Source: Mobula hypostoma (taxonomy: Eukaryota). From it: 64,000 bases of DNA. The notes beneath the pieces are model-generated. The model searched no databases and was not told the origin of the DNA. It was given only the letters and a program-made list of their open reading frames with translations. This document shows positions 37,111 through 47,362 of the stretch, piece by piece; within the stretch, counting starts at the first letter, position 1; every line of letters starts with the position of its first letter. Made by a program: the position numbers and the translations under genes. The DNA lies in NCBI RefSeq assembly GCF_963921235.1, contig NC_086097.1, forward strand, positions 58,840,001-58,904,000, written 5' to 3'.

Positions 37111-38629
37111 GTTAGCTTGCTCCTGCCCCACCGAACTCGTTTCTGCATACCTCGACACTGTCTTATCACCCCTTGTTCAATCCCTTCCGACCTATGTTCG
37201 TGACACTTCTCACGCTCTTAAACTTTTCAATGATTTTAAGTTCCCTGGCCCCCACTGCTTTATTTTCACGATGGATGTCCAGTCCTTATATACTTCCATC
37301 CCCCACCAGGAAGGTCTCAAAGCTCTCCGCTTCTTTTTGGATTCCAGACCTAATCAGTTCCCCCCTACCATCACTCTGCTCCGTCTAGCGGAATTAGTCC
37401 TTACTCTTAATAATTTCTCCTTTGGCTCCTTCCACTTCCTCCAAACTAAAGGTGTAGCTATGGGCACCCGTATGGGTCCTAGCTATGCCTGCCTTTTTGT
37501 TGGCTTTGTGGAACAATCTATGTTCCGTGCCTATTCTGGTATCTGTCTCCCACTTTTCCTTCGCTACATCGACGACTGCATTGGCGCTGCTTCCTGCACG
37601 CATGCAGAACTCGTTGACTTTATTAACTTTGCCTCCAACTTTCACCCTGCCCTCAAGTTTACCTGGTCCATTTCCGACACCTCCCTCCCCTTTCTAGATC
37701 TTTCTGTCTCTGTCTCTGGAGACAGCTTATCCACTGATGTCTACCATAAGCCTACTGACTCTCACAGCTATCTGGACTATTCCTCTTCTCACCCTGTCTC
37801 TTGCAAAAATACCATCCCTTTCTCGCAATTCCTCCGTCTCCGCCGCATCTGCTCTCAGGATGAGGCTTTTCATTCTAGGACGAGGGAGAAGTCTTCCTTT
37901 TTAAAGAAAGGGGCTTCCCTTCCTCCACTATCAACTCTGCTCTTAAACGCATCTCCCCCATTTCACGTACGTCTGCTCTCACTCCATCCTCCCACCACCC
38001 CACTAGGAATAGGGTTCCCCTGGTCCTCACCTACCACCCCACCAGCCTCTGGGTCCAACATATTATTCTCCGTAACTTCTGCCACCTCCAATGGGATCCC
38101 ACCACTAAGCACATCTTTCCCTCCACCCACCTCTGCATTCCGCAGGGATCGCTCCCTACACAACTCCCTTGTCCATTCGTCCTCCCCATCCCTCCTCACT
38201 GATCTCCCTCCTGGCACTTATCCGTGTAAGTGGAACAAGTGCTACACATGCCCTTACACTTCCTCCCTTACCACCATTCAGGGCCCTAAACAGTCCTTCC
38301 AGGTGAGGCATCACTTCACCTGTGAGTCGACTGGGGTGATATACTGCGTCCGGTGCTCCCGATGTGGCCTTTTATATATTGGCGAGACCCGACGCAGACT
38401 GGGAGACCGCTTTGCTGAACATCTACGCTCTGTCCGCCAGAGAAAGCAGGATCTCCCAGTGGCCACACATTTTAATTCCACATCCCACTCCCATTCTGAC
38501 ATGTCTATCCACAGCCTCCTCTACTGTAAAGATGAAGCCACACTCAGCTTGGAAGAACAACACCTTATATTTCGTCTGGGTAGCCTCCAACCTGATGGCA
38601 TGAACATCGACTTCTCTAACTTCCGCTAA
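37111..38629 (+). CDS. PLE reverse transcriptase plus GIY-YIG endonuclease (N-truncated; inside ORF 36980-38629)
   Basis: FTMDVQSLYTSIP, QTKGVAMGTRMGPSYA, RYIDD, LPFLD, YHKPT; CCHH/GIY-YIG motifs CYTCPY, GVIYCVRCSRCGLLYIGETRRRLGDRFAEH, GMN. Confidence 0.92.
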
Positions 38630-38923
38630 GGCCCCACCTCCCCCTCGTACCCCATCTGTTACTTATTTTTATGCACACATTCTTTCTCTCACTCTCCTTT
38701 TTCTCCCTCTGTCCCTCTGAATATACCTCTTGCCCATCCTCTGGGTCACCCCCCCCCTTGTCTTTCTTCCCGGACTCCTGTCCCATGATCCTCTCGTATC
38801 CCCTTTTGCCTATCAGCTGTCCAGCTCTCGGCTCTATCCCTCCCCCTCCTGTCTTCTCCTATCATTTTGGATCTCCCCCTCCCCCTCCAACTTTAAAATC
38901 CCTTACTCACTCTTCCTTCAGTT

Positions 38924-38960
38924 CGTCCTGACGAAGGGTCTCGGCCTGAAACGTCGACTG
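38924..38960 (+). ncRNA. Minimal type I hammerhead ribozyme in the PLE 3' pLTR
   Basis: gtc-CTGACGA-agggtctcggcct-GAAACGTC-gac: intact catalytic core, helix II hairpin, palindromic ACGT in place of helix III. Predicted cleavage after C38955. Confidence 0.8.
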
Positions 38961-39282
38961 CACCTCTTCCTACAGATGCTGCTTGGCCTGCTGCGTTCAC
39001 CAGCAACTTTGATGTATGTTGTTAACTAAATAACAAGATGGTCTTCAATGACATCAAAAATGTCAAAAGATAAATCCAAGTAGGTGTGACAGATCACTAA
39101 CCATCCCTCCTCACCATGAAGAAACAGCAACAATTTCCTAATTAGCATTAATACAGACAAAATGAACTTAAAATACCATCAACAATCCATGCAGCCTTTT
39201 CAGAAAGATTATCTTTTGTTTGTGGTGGGGGGTATGGCATCTCGGGTTCTGATAAACTCTGCTTTCCAAATTCATTGTTAAA

Positions 39283-39595
39283 TAAGTCTAGGACAAGAGG
39301 GCACGACTTCAGGATTGAAGGACATCCATTTAGAACAGAGATGCAGAGAAATTACTTTAGCCAGAGGGTGGTAAATCTGTGGAGTGTGTTGCCATGAGCG
39401 GCTGTGGAGGCCAAGTCATTGGGTGCATTTAAGGCAGAGATAGACAGGTTCTTGATTAGCCAGGGCATTAAGGGGTATGGGGAGAAGGCAGGAGAGTGGG
39501 GATGACTGGAAGAATTGGATCAGCCTATGATTGAATGGTGGAGCAGACTCAATGGGCCGAATGGTCTACTTCTGCTCCTATATCTTATGGTCTTA
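39283..39595 (+). mobile_element. CR1 3' end fragment, same subfamily as 4625-4930
   Basis: KSRTRGHDFRIEGHPFRTE; highly similar to the reverse complement of 4630-4930; tail tcttatggtctta. Confidence 0.9.
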
Positions 39596-40600
39596 AATAT
39601 AAATTTCAGTGGCTTGGCAGCAGAACTGGACATTTCCTGCTGTTTTGTCATTTTGATTCACTTTTTCTCTGACACCTTATACAAACAATGAAATATAATA
39701 TGGTCCTCTAATTGTCACTTTAAGTTAGTCTTACCCTAACAAAGCCATCTTTCCCCAACCTTCCCTGCTACTGAATTGGACTCATTTTTTCATTTGTCAG
39801 TTCTCCAACCTGTAATATTAACTGTGCCTCTTTTCATGATACTGACTGACATATACTACTAGTGGATGTAGAAGCGAGGAGGGAAACAGTAATAATTAAG
39901 ATGTGTGCAAAATGGCACCTGGCAACTCACTGCACATTGCTCTCTGCAGACCTACTCATTACTTCTATTGTCATCGTTCTGTTATTGTTTTCCCTTGAAC
40001 TATCTCAATGACTGTTGTAATGAAATGATTTGTAAGGATGGCAAGCAAAACAAAGCTTTTCACTGTACCGTGATACATGAGACAATAATAAGCCAATTTG
40101 CCAATTTATAAACACCCTAGAGCAACATAGGAAGAGCTAGAATTTCTTCTCTGACATGAAATTCCAACAGGGCAGAATTTCCAAAGTCTCTAGTGAGGTT
40201 CCTGGTGAGATTCTTAACAGGTGATCATGAGCAGAAAATGATTCCAGGTAATGAGTTTTCTGATGAAATTGAACATCCTTCTGCAGGCAAAAATCAAATA
40301 GTTGGTTTGTAATCCAGTAGACATTTTGAGAGAATGATCAGTGTTGTTGTCTTTTGTTCCTTTTAATCTACTGTCTCACTGGTGTTTCAAAGCTCTGGTG
40401 ATTAAAGTAAGTACTGTTTGTATCAGGAATCACAGAACTCATTAATTCAGGCAAGGCTTGGTGTCTGCTTCAACTGTAACTTATATCTTGTCTTCCATGT
40501 GGAAAGGTATTACCTAAATTGACAGCTTGATTTACTTTAATCAAATCTGCTCAGAAGTATAGGACTAAATTGACATTTCAGCCTTCAATATTAATGCATA

Positions 40601-40799
40601 TGTGGTGATATCACATGCAATGATGTGCCAGTATATGATTGGACAGCACTGAGCATGCGTGGGGTTTGCCAGAATGTTTCAGCACGTGGCGGGGTTAAGA
40701 CATGCTTGTTTATTACTGTAAATAAAAGTTCTCTAATTCTTCCAGAATATGATTCTTTACTGTTAACCCATGGTACGTTTAAACAGAAGTAATATAACA
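40601..40799 (+). repeat. 5' LTR
   Basis: tgtggtga...atataaca; 14 substitutions versus 42542-42740 by manual comparison; contains aataaa. Confidence 0.95.
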
Positions 40800-40812
40800 T
40801 GGTGTCAGTAGT
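40800..40812 (+). promoter_or_regulatory. Primer-binding site, tRNA-Leu-like
   Basis: tggtgtcagtagt immediately follows the 5' LTR. Confidence 0.75.
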
Positions 40813-40882
40813 ATTTCTGGAAGAATAATATGGGAGAATCGAGAATCAAAGATAATCGGAAAAAAAGAAGAAAAAGTTTCGA

Positions 40883-41700
40883 ATGGTAGTCAGTGAAATG
40901 GAAGGTTTACAACCCCCACCAAAACTTCAGCTGACTGGGAATGTAGCAGAGAACTGGAGGATCTTCAAGCAACAGTTTGAACTGTACTTATCGGTGATCG
41001 ATTATGAAGAGAAATCGGATAAAACCAAAGCTGAGCTTCTGCTCCATATAATTGGGAATGAAGTGGTAGAGATATATAATAATTTTGTCTTTGAAGATGG
41101 AGATAATTTCAATTTAAAGTCGATAATGGACTAATTGTATACCTAAGCGGAACTTAACGTATAAACCATATAAATTCTTCACATGAGCACAAAGGGCTGC
41201 TGAAACAATTGATCAGTATGTTACTGAGTTAAGAAAATGTAGTAGAACATGCGAGTTTGGATTGCTCACAGACTCTCTGATTAAAGATAGAATAGTTTGT
41301 GGCATTCGGAACAATGCTCTAAGAGAAAGGTTGTTGAAAGAGCAAGATTTAAATTTTGAAAAGCTTTCACGCTCTGCAAAGCTTCTGAGACAGTAAAGTT
41401 GCAGGCTGAAGAGCTTTTTGTTGAAAACTGCAATGTAAACGCTGTAAAAAAGTGCGAATATATCAAGAAATATAATAATACGTCGACAAAACCGACAAAG
41501 AGCAAGACGGCATTGGGGAAAAAAGTCATGTGATCACTGTGCCTGGGAACACCGTCCAAATCAGTGACAAGCTTTGCTACAGCTGCGGTAAGATTAATCA
41601 TTTTTCATGCTGTTGTTGAAGTAGAAAGAAGGAAAATGAAATGAAACAAGTAAATGCAGTGATTGAAGATGAACATGAGGAATTTTATATAGATGCACTT
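40883..41700 (+). pseudogene. Gypsy gag with two zinc knuckles, disrupted by stops and frameshifts
   Basis: LTGNVAENWRIFKQQFELYL; ETIDQYVTELRKCSRTCEFG...LIKDRIVCGI...LRERLLKE; CDHCAWEH..NQC and CYSCGKINHFSCCC at 41529-41616; linker KQVNAVIEDEHEEFYIDAL. Confidence 0.9.
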
Positions 41701-41709
41701 TATGAAAAC

Positions 41710-41906
41710 GCTGGCATGGAGAATATAAAAGCAGTAGCTTCAGTATCTGAGACGACCACAAAGGAGGCAATTGATGATGTGAAAAAGCATGGCAGGAAGA
41801 GGTTGCTTCAATTCAAGTGATAATGAGAGAGACACTGAGAGAATATGAGATTCAGTTTCATCACCGTCTAGAGCAAGAACACTCACAGTGGGCACAGTAT
41901 AAGCAA
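41710..41906 (+). pseudogene. RABEP1: Captured fragment resembling the Rabaptin-5 N-terminal coiled coil (one 1-nt frameshift near 41789)
   Basis: [64 protein letters not shown] versus recalled human AEMENIKAIATVSENTKQEAIDEVKRQWREEVASLQAVMKETVRDYEHQFHLRLEQERTQWAQYR. Confidence 0.88.
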
Positions 41907-42056
41907 GAAGTGAAAGCACAAGTGAAGGAATTGAGAAGTTGTATTGAAGTGATGAAGTCTCAGCATAAAAAAGAGATTACACAGTTAATGAAGGAATTAG
42001 ATGAAGAAAAGAAGATTTGCATTTCATTACAAATGGAAGCGGAAGGAATTAGGAAA
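41907..42056 (+). pseudogene. SH3KBP1: Captured fragment resembling the CIN85 C-terminal coiled coil
   Basis: [50 protein letters not shown] versus recalled human [50 protein letters not shown]. Confidence 0.85.
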
Positions 42057-42071
42057 GATACAATCCAAACA

Positions 42072-42254
42072 GAAGCAGGGAAGCAGATTTCTGAGGAGGA
42101 TAGCATGAACTGCTTACCAGAAATTCCAGATTCTAACCAGGAGACATGTGAGAGTATACCAAAATGTTTAGTTGAGATACATGAAGAAAAGCTTAAAGCA
42201 GGAAAGAAGAAGAAAAAGAAGCACAGGAAGAGTCATGGCTCAGATAGCGAAGAG
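42072..42254 (+). pseudogene. SLU7: Captured fragment resembling the SLU7 Lys-rich region
   Basis: EAGKQI...[33 protein letters not shown] versus recalled human EAGKEI...KPQTLMELHQEKLKEEKKK...KHRKSSSDSDDE. Confidence 0.75.
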
Positions 42255-42528
42255 CCAGCTTCTGAGTTTCAGTTAGCTGATACAGATTTGTTTATTGGTT
42301 AATGTTGTTATTTGTTTTCCTTTTTAAGGAAAAGAAGATGTGATTCTTCAGAGATTCAGTTAACGGATGCAGAAGAGACAAAACATGTAAATAATAACAA
42401 GGAAACACAAGATCTGTGTGTACCACTTAGAAGGACTACTTGTGTTCGTAAACCCACAGGGATACTTATAGAGACTTGTTAAATTATGTATTTGCTTTGA
42501 TTAATATTGTTATTTATTTTTTCTTTTT

Positions 42529-42541
42529 AAGGAAGGGAAGA
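42529..42541 (+). promoter_or_regulatory. Polypurine tract
   Basis: aaggaagggaaga follows a T-run and abuts the 3' LTR. Confidence 0.85.
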
Positions 42542-42740
42542 TGTGGTGATATCACGTGCAATGATGTGCCAGTACATGATTGGACAGCACTGAGCATGTG
42601 CGGGATTTGCCAGAATGTTTCAGCACGTGGTGGGATTAAGACATGTTTGTTTATTACTGTAAATAAAAGTTCACTAATTCTTCCAGAACATGATTCTCTA
42701 CTGCTAATCCATGGTACGTTTAAACAGAAGTAACATAACA
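42542..42740 (+). repeat. 3' LTR
   Basis: tgtggtga...acataaca, followed by TSD gcata. Confidence 0.95.
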
Positions 42741-44419
42741 GCATAAAAGCCTGATCAACAATGCAGGAATGGTAACAGAAATTTTACAGTAATTGTAAAT
42801 ATAAACATTTCTAAACCTGCTAAAATTGCAAGATGGTAAATCTAACTCTCACCGATGAATCAGGAGTCTTATCGAAATAGACAGATCGTATTCTGAGAAA
42901 CAGGTTAATTCTGTACATGAGTATTTCAAGCATTAAGTGCCTGTGTTAATTTTTCAGTTTATTTTTAGAGCATCACTAAGTGGAGCTGATCACTTCTTCT
43001 TCTATAAATTTGTGATGGTGAATGGTTCGGCTAACAATACATTTATGATATATTGTCTGCTGAAGTAAGTTCCTATTGGAATATTGGAGAGACAGGTTGG
43101 AGGTATTACTTATTTATTTGTGCCTATAATTCCAGAATCATTGCTGTTATCATGATCATTTGCCTGAATTCTTATTATGGCAGCAGTGATTCAGTGGACC
43201 AAAGAGGGAAAGTATTTGAGTATGGTCCAATGATTACATTTCTACACATTTTTTACACTGGCAAATTCAAACAGGTAATGGAGATTGGTCTAGTTCCTAT
43301 GGTTCATAGCTCAGTGGTTGTGGTGTTCCCCTCTAGGCAACATCCTGATTCAAGATCTATTGAAGAGATCCAGTCATTCCGTGCAATACTGGGAGATGTG
43401 AGCATTTTCAGAGATATTATCTGTCAATATGAATACAAAACTGAGGACCCATCTGTCTCAGGCAAATGAAAAAAATTCAAATGGAGAGTAAGAGCATCAA
43501 AAGCTGGTATCTGTTCAATAGTTATCCCTCTACCAAAATCACTTAAATAAATTATGTGGTAATAATCACATAGTTGCTAGGGCAACCTTTCTGCAGTCAG
43601 ACATCTCATCATATTTCCCACCTCAATACGTTGATTCTGTTCCAAGTGCTTATTTGGGTTTAAAGCATTCTGAGAGTTCCTTAGGATGTGAAAAGAGTGA
43701 TAAAAATTCAAAGATTTCCATTTTTGTAATAGTTTTACAGAAAGAAACATTTCTAAATTAAAATATCGCAAGAAAATTTTGGTCTAGTTTCCTTTAAGAT
43801 AAAAAATAATGTTGATAATGTTTAAAAAATGAGGTCACATAGTAATGAAGATCAAGACAAAAATGATTCCTGACCACCACAAAATTAGTTCCTATATTAT
43901 GGATTATTTATATTATATATAGAACAAAAATCTTTTAAATAGCCAGGAAATATGACAATAAGCAAAAAGATTTGAAAAGCATTCACATATCAATCCAAAA
44001 TGCTATCGAAAGCTCTGAATGAATGCCTGGAAATTTGGGATTTGGGTCCATAGATCTAATCTTCTTGTATAGGAATATCACTGTATTGTCCTTTACCATT
44101 AAAATTCAATTCATGCATTCATTGAACAAAATATAAAGGCAGAGAACAATATCCACCAGCTACCATCTAGAGATGTGCAGTATTTCTAAGCACAGCCAAG
44201 TTTATTATAGACACATGCCACGTGACGGTAAGGAACTGGATTGAATGATGTGTGAAAAGTTAGAAACTGCAGTAATTAGAAATTACTCTAAGTGGATGTC
44301 AGAGCTGAAGGCATCAGGTTTATTTCCCTGGAATTTACATTTTTCAATAGACATGGAATTTTGCTGTTCCATTTAATATTTTTCTTAGGGGTTTGGAGCC
44401 CACTTACTTGTACTGTTTG

Positions 44420-44575
44420 TCTTTTACACATTGGGCATTTTCAGTTTTTCTCTGTTTACTTATACTTTTTCATAAATTCTATAGTTTTTCTTGTATTCCT
44501 GAAAATGCCTGCAAGGAAATGAATCTCAAGATAGTACATGGTAACTTTGATAATAAATTTACTTTGAACTTCAAA
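44420..44575 (+). mobile_element. Rex1-type 3' UTR tail fragment
   Basis: aatgaatctcaagatagtacatggt...actttgataataaatttactttgaactt, similar to 50590-50660. Confidence 0.55.
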
Positions 44576-44779
44576 TGTTCTTTTCATTAAGTGATAGTCC
44601 TTGGCACTTTGAGCTGCAAAATAATAAATACTTTCTAAGATTACAGATCTTCTGCACATTTGGTTTATTCAGCTTTGAAGCACCTTTCAAGCCTTTTCAG
44701 AATATGAACACTTTATTAAACTTACAAAATGTGTTTCTTTGTGTAAAAGCCGGCAACTTGGAGGCCGTGAAAATAATGA

Positions 44780-44965
44780 AAAACTGCAGATATTAAGATC
44801 AGAAAATTCAGGGAACACTCGGTAAATTGGGCAGCATCTGTGAAAGAGAAGCAGTGTTTCAGCTCTGGGGCCTTGAACTGTTCTGATAAAGTGTTTCGAA
44901 CCAGAATCATTCACTCTTTCTCTTTGTACAGATGATTCAGGACCCGCTGAGTGTTCCCACAGCAC
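44780..44965. mobile_element. Old foldback PLE pLTR remnant
   Basis: Imperfect inverted arms gggaacactcggtaaattgggcagcatctgtg and cagatgattcaggacccgctgagtgttccc. Confidence 0.55.
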
Positions 44966-47362
44966 AGCAAGAGTAGCCTGCAATTTTGTGCTCTTGTTCT
45001 GGAATGTGAGTTAAATTCGAAACCTTCTAGTTCACAGGCAAAGGTGCTACCAAATGAGTCATCCCTGAAATGTGAAGGGCTATTGGATCAGAATCAGGTT
45101 TAATATCACTGGCATATGTCACAAAATATGTTGTTTTATGGCAACAGTACATTACAATATGTAATAAAAATTGCTATAATTTACAATAAGAAATATGTAC
45201 ATACACAGTATACTGTATACATAAATCAAATTAGTGCAAAAAGAGGGCAAAAAAAGAAAAAAAAATGTGAGATATTGTACGTGGGTTCATTGTCCATTCA
45301 GAAATCTGATATCGGTGGGGAAGAAGCTGTTTCTAAAACATTGATGGTAGCAATGAGAAGAGGGCCTGTCCTGGGTGATGAGGGTCCTTAATGATGGATG
45401 TAGCGTTTTTGAGGCATTGACTTTTGAAGTTGTTCTTGATGCTGGGGAGGTTAGCGTCCATGCTGGAACAGTCTGAGTTGCAACTTCCTGCAGTTATTTC
45501 AGACCCTGTGCAGTGGCCCCTCCATACCAGATGGTGATGCAAACAGTCAGAATGCTCTCCATGATACATGTGTAGAAACCTGAAAGAGGCTTTGGTGACA
45601 TATCAAGTAGATCTTCAGAGATGGTGAAATTCAGGAATTTGAAACTGCTCATGTTTTCCACTGCTCATGCCTCGATGAAGACTGCTGTATGTTTCCTCAA
45701 TTTCCTCTCCCTGAAGTCCACGATCAATTTCTTGGTCTTATTGATATTGAGTGTGAGGTTGTTGTTTCAACACTACTCAGCCAGCTGATTTATCTCACTC
45801 CTGTGTGCCTCCTCATCCCGATCTGATATTTGACATCCTTAGTTGTGGCATTGGTACATTCAGAGATGGTGTCTGAACTGTGCCTAACCACACAGTCAAG
45901 AGTGTAGAGGGGATAGAGCAGTGGGCTAAGTTCACATCCCCTGAGATGCACCAGCATTAACTGTCAGCAAGAAGATATTATTTTCGATCTGCACTGACTG
46001 TGATCTCCCATTGAGGAAGTCAAGGATCCAGTTGCAGAGGGAGGTACAGAGGCCCAAGTTTTGGTCCCTGTTCATTAGTACTGAGGGTATGATGGTGTTG
46101 AACACTGAACTGGAATCAATAAACAGCAACCTGATGTAGCTATTACTATTATTTAGAGGATCCAAGGCAGAGTGGAGAGCCAGTGAGATTGCATCCACTG
46201 TAAACCTATTGTGGTGATAGGTAAATTGCAGCAGGTACAGACCTCTCTTAGGCAAGAGTTGATTCTGGCCATGACCAACCACTCACAACACTTGATCACA
46301 GTAGATCTGAGTGTAACTGGGTGATAGGCATTGAGGCAACTCATCCTGCTCTTCTTGGGCATTGGTATGATTGTCACCCATTTTTGAAACAGGAGGGAAC
46401 CTCCGACAGCAATGCAAGAGATTGAAAGTGGCCTTGAATATTCCTGACAGTTGGTTGGCACAGGTTTTCAGTGCACTACTAAGATCACCACCAGGGCCTG
46501 ACGCATTGCAAAAATTCACCCCCATGAAAGATATTCTGACAATAGCCTCCGAGACAGAAATTACAGGGTCACCATTTGCTGCAGGGATTTACATACATAT
46601 AATTTAATTCTCTCTTTCGAAGCATGCATAAAATCGTCACAGCCTTGTTTCACCTTGTAGGAATTAATGGCCTGTAGACCCTGCCAGAGTTGACGGGCAT
46701 CTGATTCCCTCCCTAACTTTAATTAGAATAGTTTTCTTGCTCTTAAGATAGCTTTCCGTAGGTCATACTTGGACTTGTAGAGTTTGGGACCAGCGGTCTT
46801 GAACCCCACAGACTTGGCCCTCAGCAGACTATGCATCTCCTGCTTCATCCGCTGCTTTTGATTTGAGAATGTCCAGCGGTTTCTTGAAGGTACACACTTA
46901 CCCACACAGGTCCTGAAGAATTTGGTGATAACTGTGGTGTATTCATTCAGATCCAAAGATAACTCCCTGAATATTGTCCAGTCCTCCAACTGTAAGCAGT
47001 CCTGTCAGCGCTCCTACCCCTCCCTTGAACGTACCTTCTTGGTCCTTATCACTGCTGCTGTGGTCTTTAGTCTCTGTGTATATGCTGGGAGTAGATGTAC
47101 AGCCAAATTATCGGACTTTCCAAGGTGTGGATATGGGATGGCGTGATGAATGGATTCAATGGTGATATAACAGTGGTCAGTGTGTTAGCTCCTTCGGTTC
47201 CACAGGTGATATTTTAGTGGTAGTGGGTCAGATACTTCTTCAACCTGGCCTTCGATCCCCTGCAAGCACAGGGAAGGCAACAATGTGCACTGTTTAGTGA
47301 CTGCTAATCATGGTGCTCAGCTCCTTCAGTGGCTGTCTGACTTTGGCCTGAGGTGACATATA

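Larger units (their letters stand above)
36931..39022 (+). mobile_element. Penelope-like retroelement, 5'-truncated, with inverted 5' pseudo-LTR and 14-bp TSD
   Basis: 36931-37110 is an inverted pLTR copy; 36964-37110 is the reverse complement of ~38875-39021. RT and GIY-YIG lie between. TSD taactaaataacaa at 36917-36930 and 39023-39036. Confidence 0.95.
40601..42740 (+). mobile_element. Non-autonomous Gypsy-type LTR retrotransposon carrying captured host-gene fragments
   Basis: Two 199-bp TG...CA LTRs, PBS, PPT and TSD gcata (40596-40600, 42741-42745). Gag is present; no protease, RT, RNase H or integrase core. Confidence 0.95.

Noticed and set aside
41817..42302. Genuine host gene exon or standalone 161-aa gene
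   Set aside because: It lies between paired LTRs with a TSD, is a mosaic of unrelated genes, and its similarity extends upstream through a frameshift.
43053..43469. 138-aa ORF in unique sequence
   Set aside because: TTG start, no recognisable motif and no convincing splice context; likely a chance ORF.
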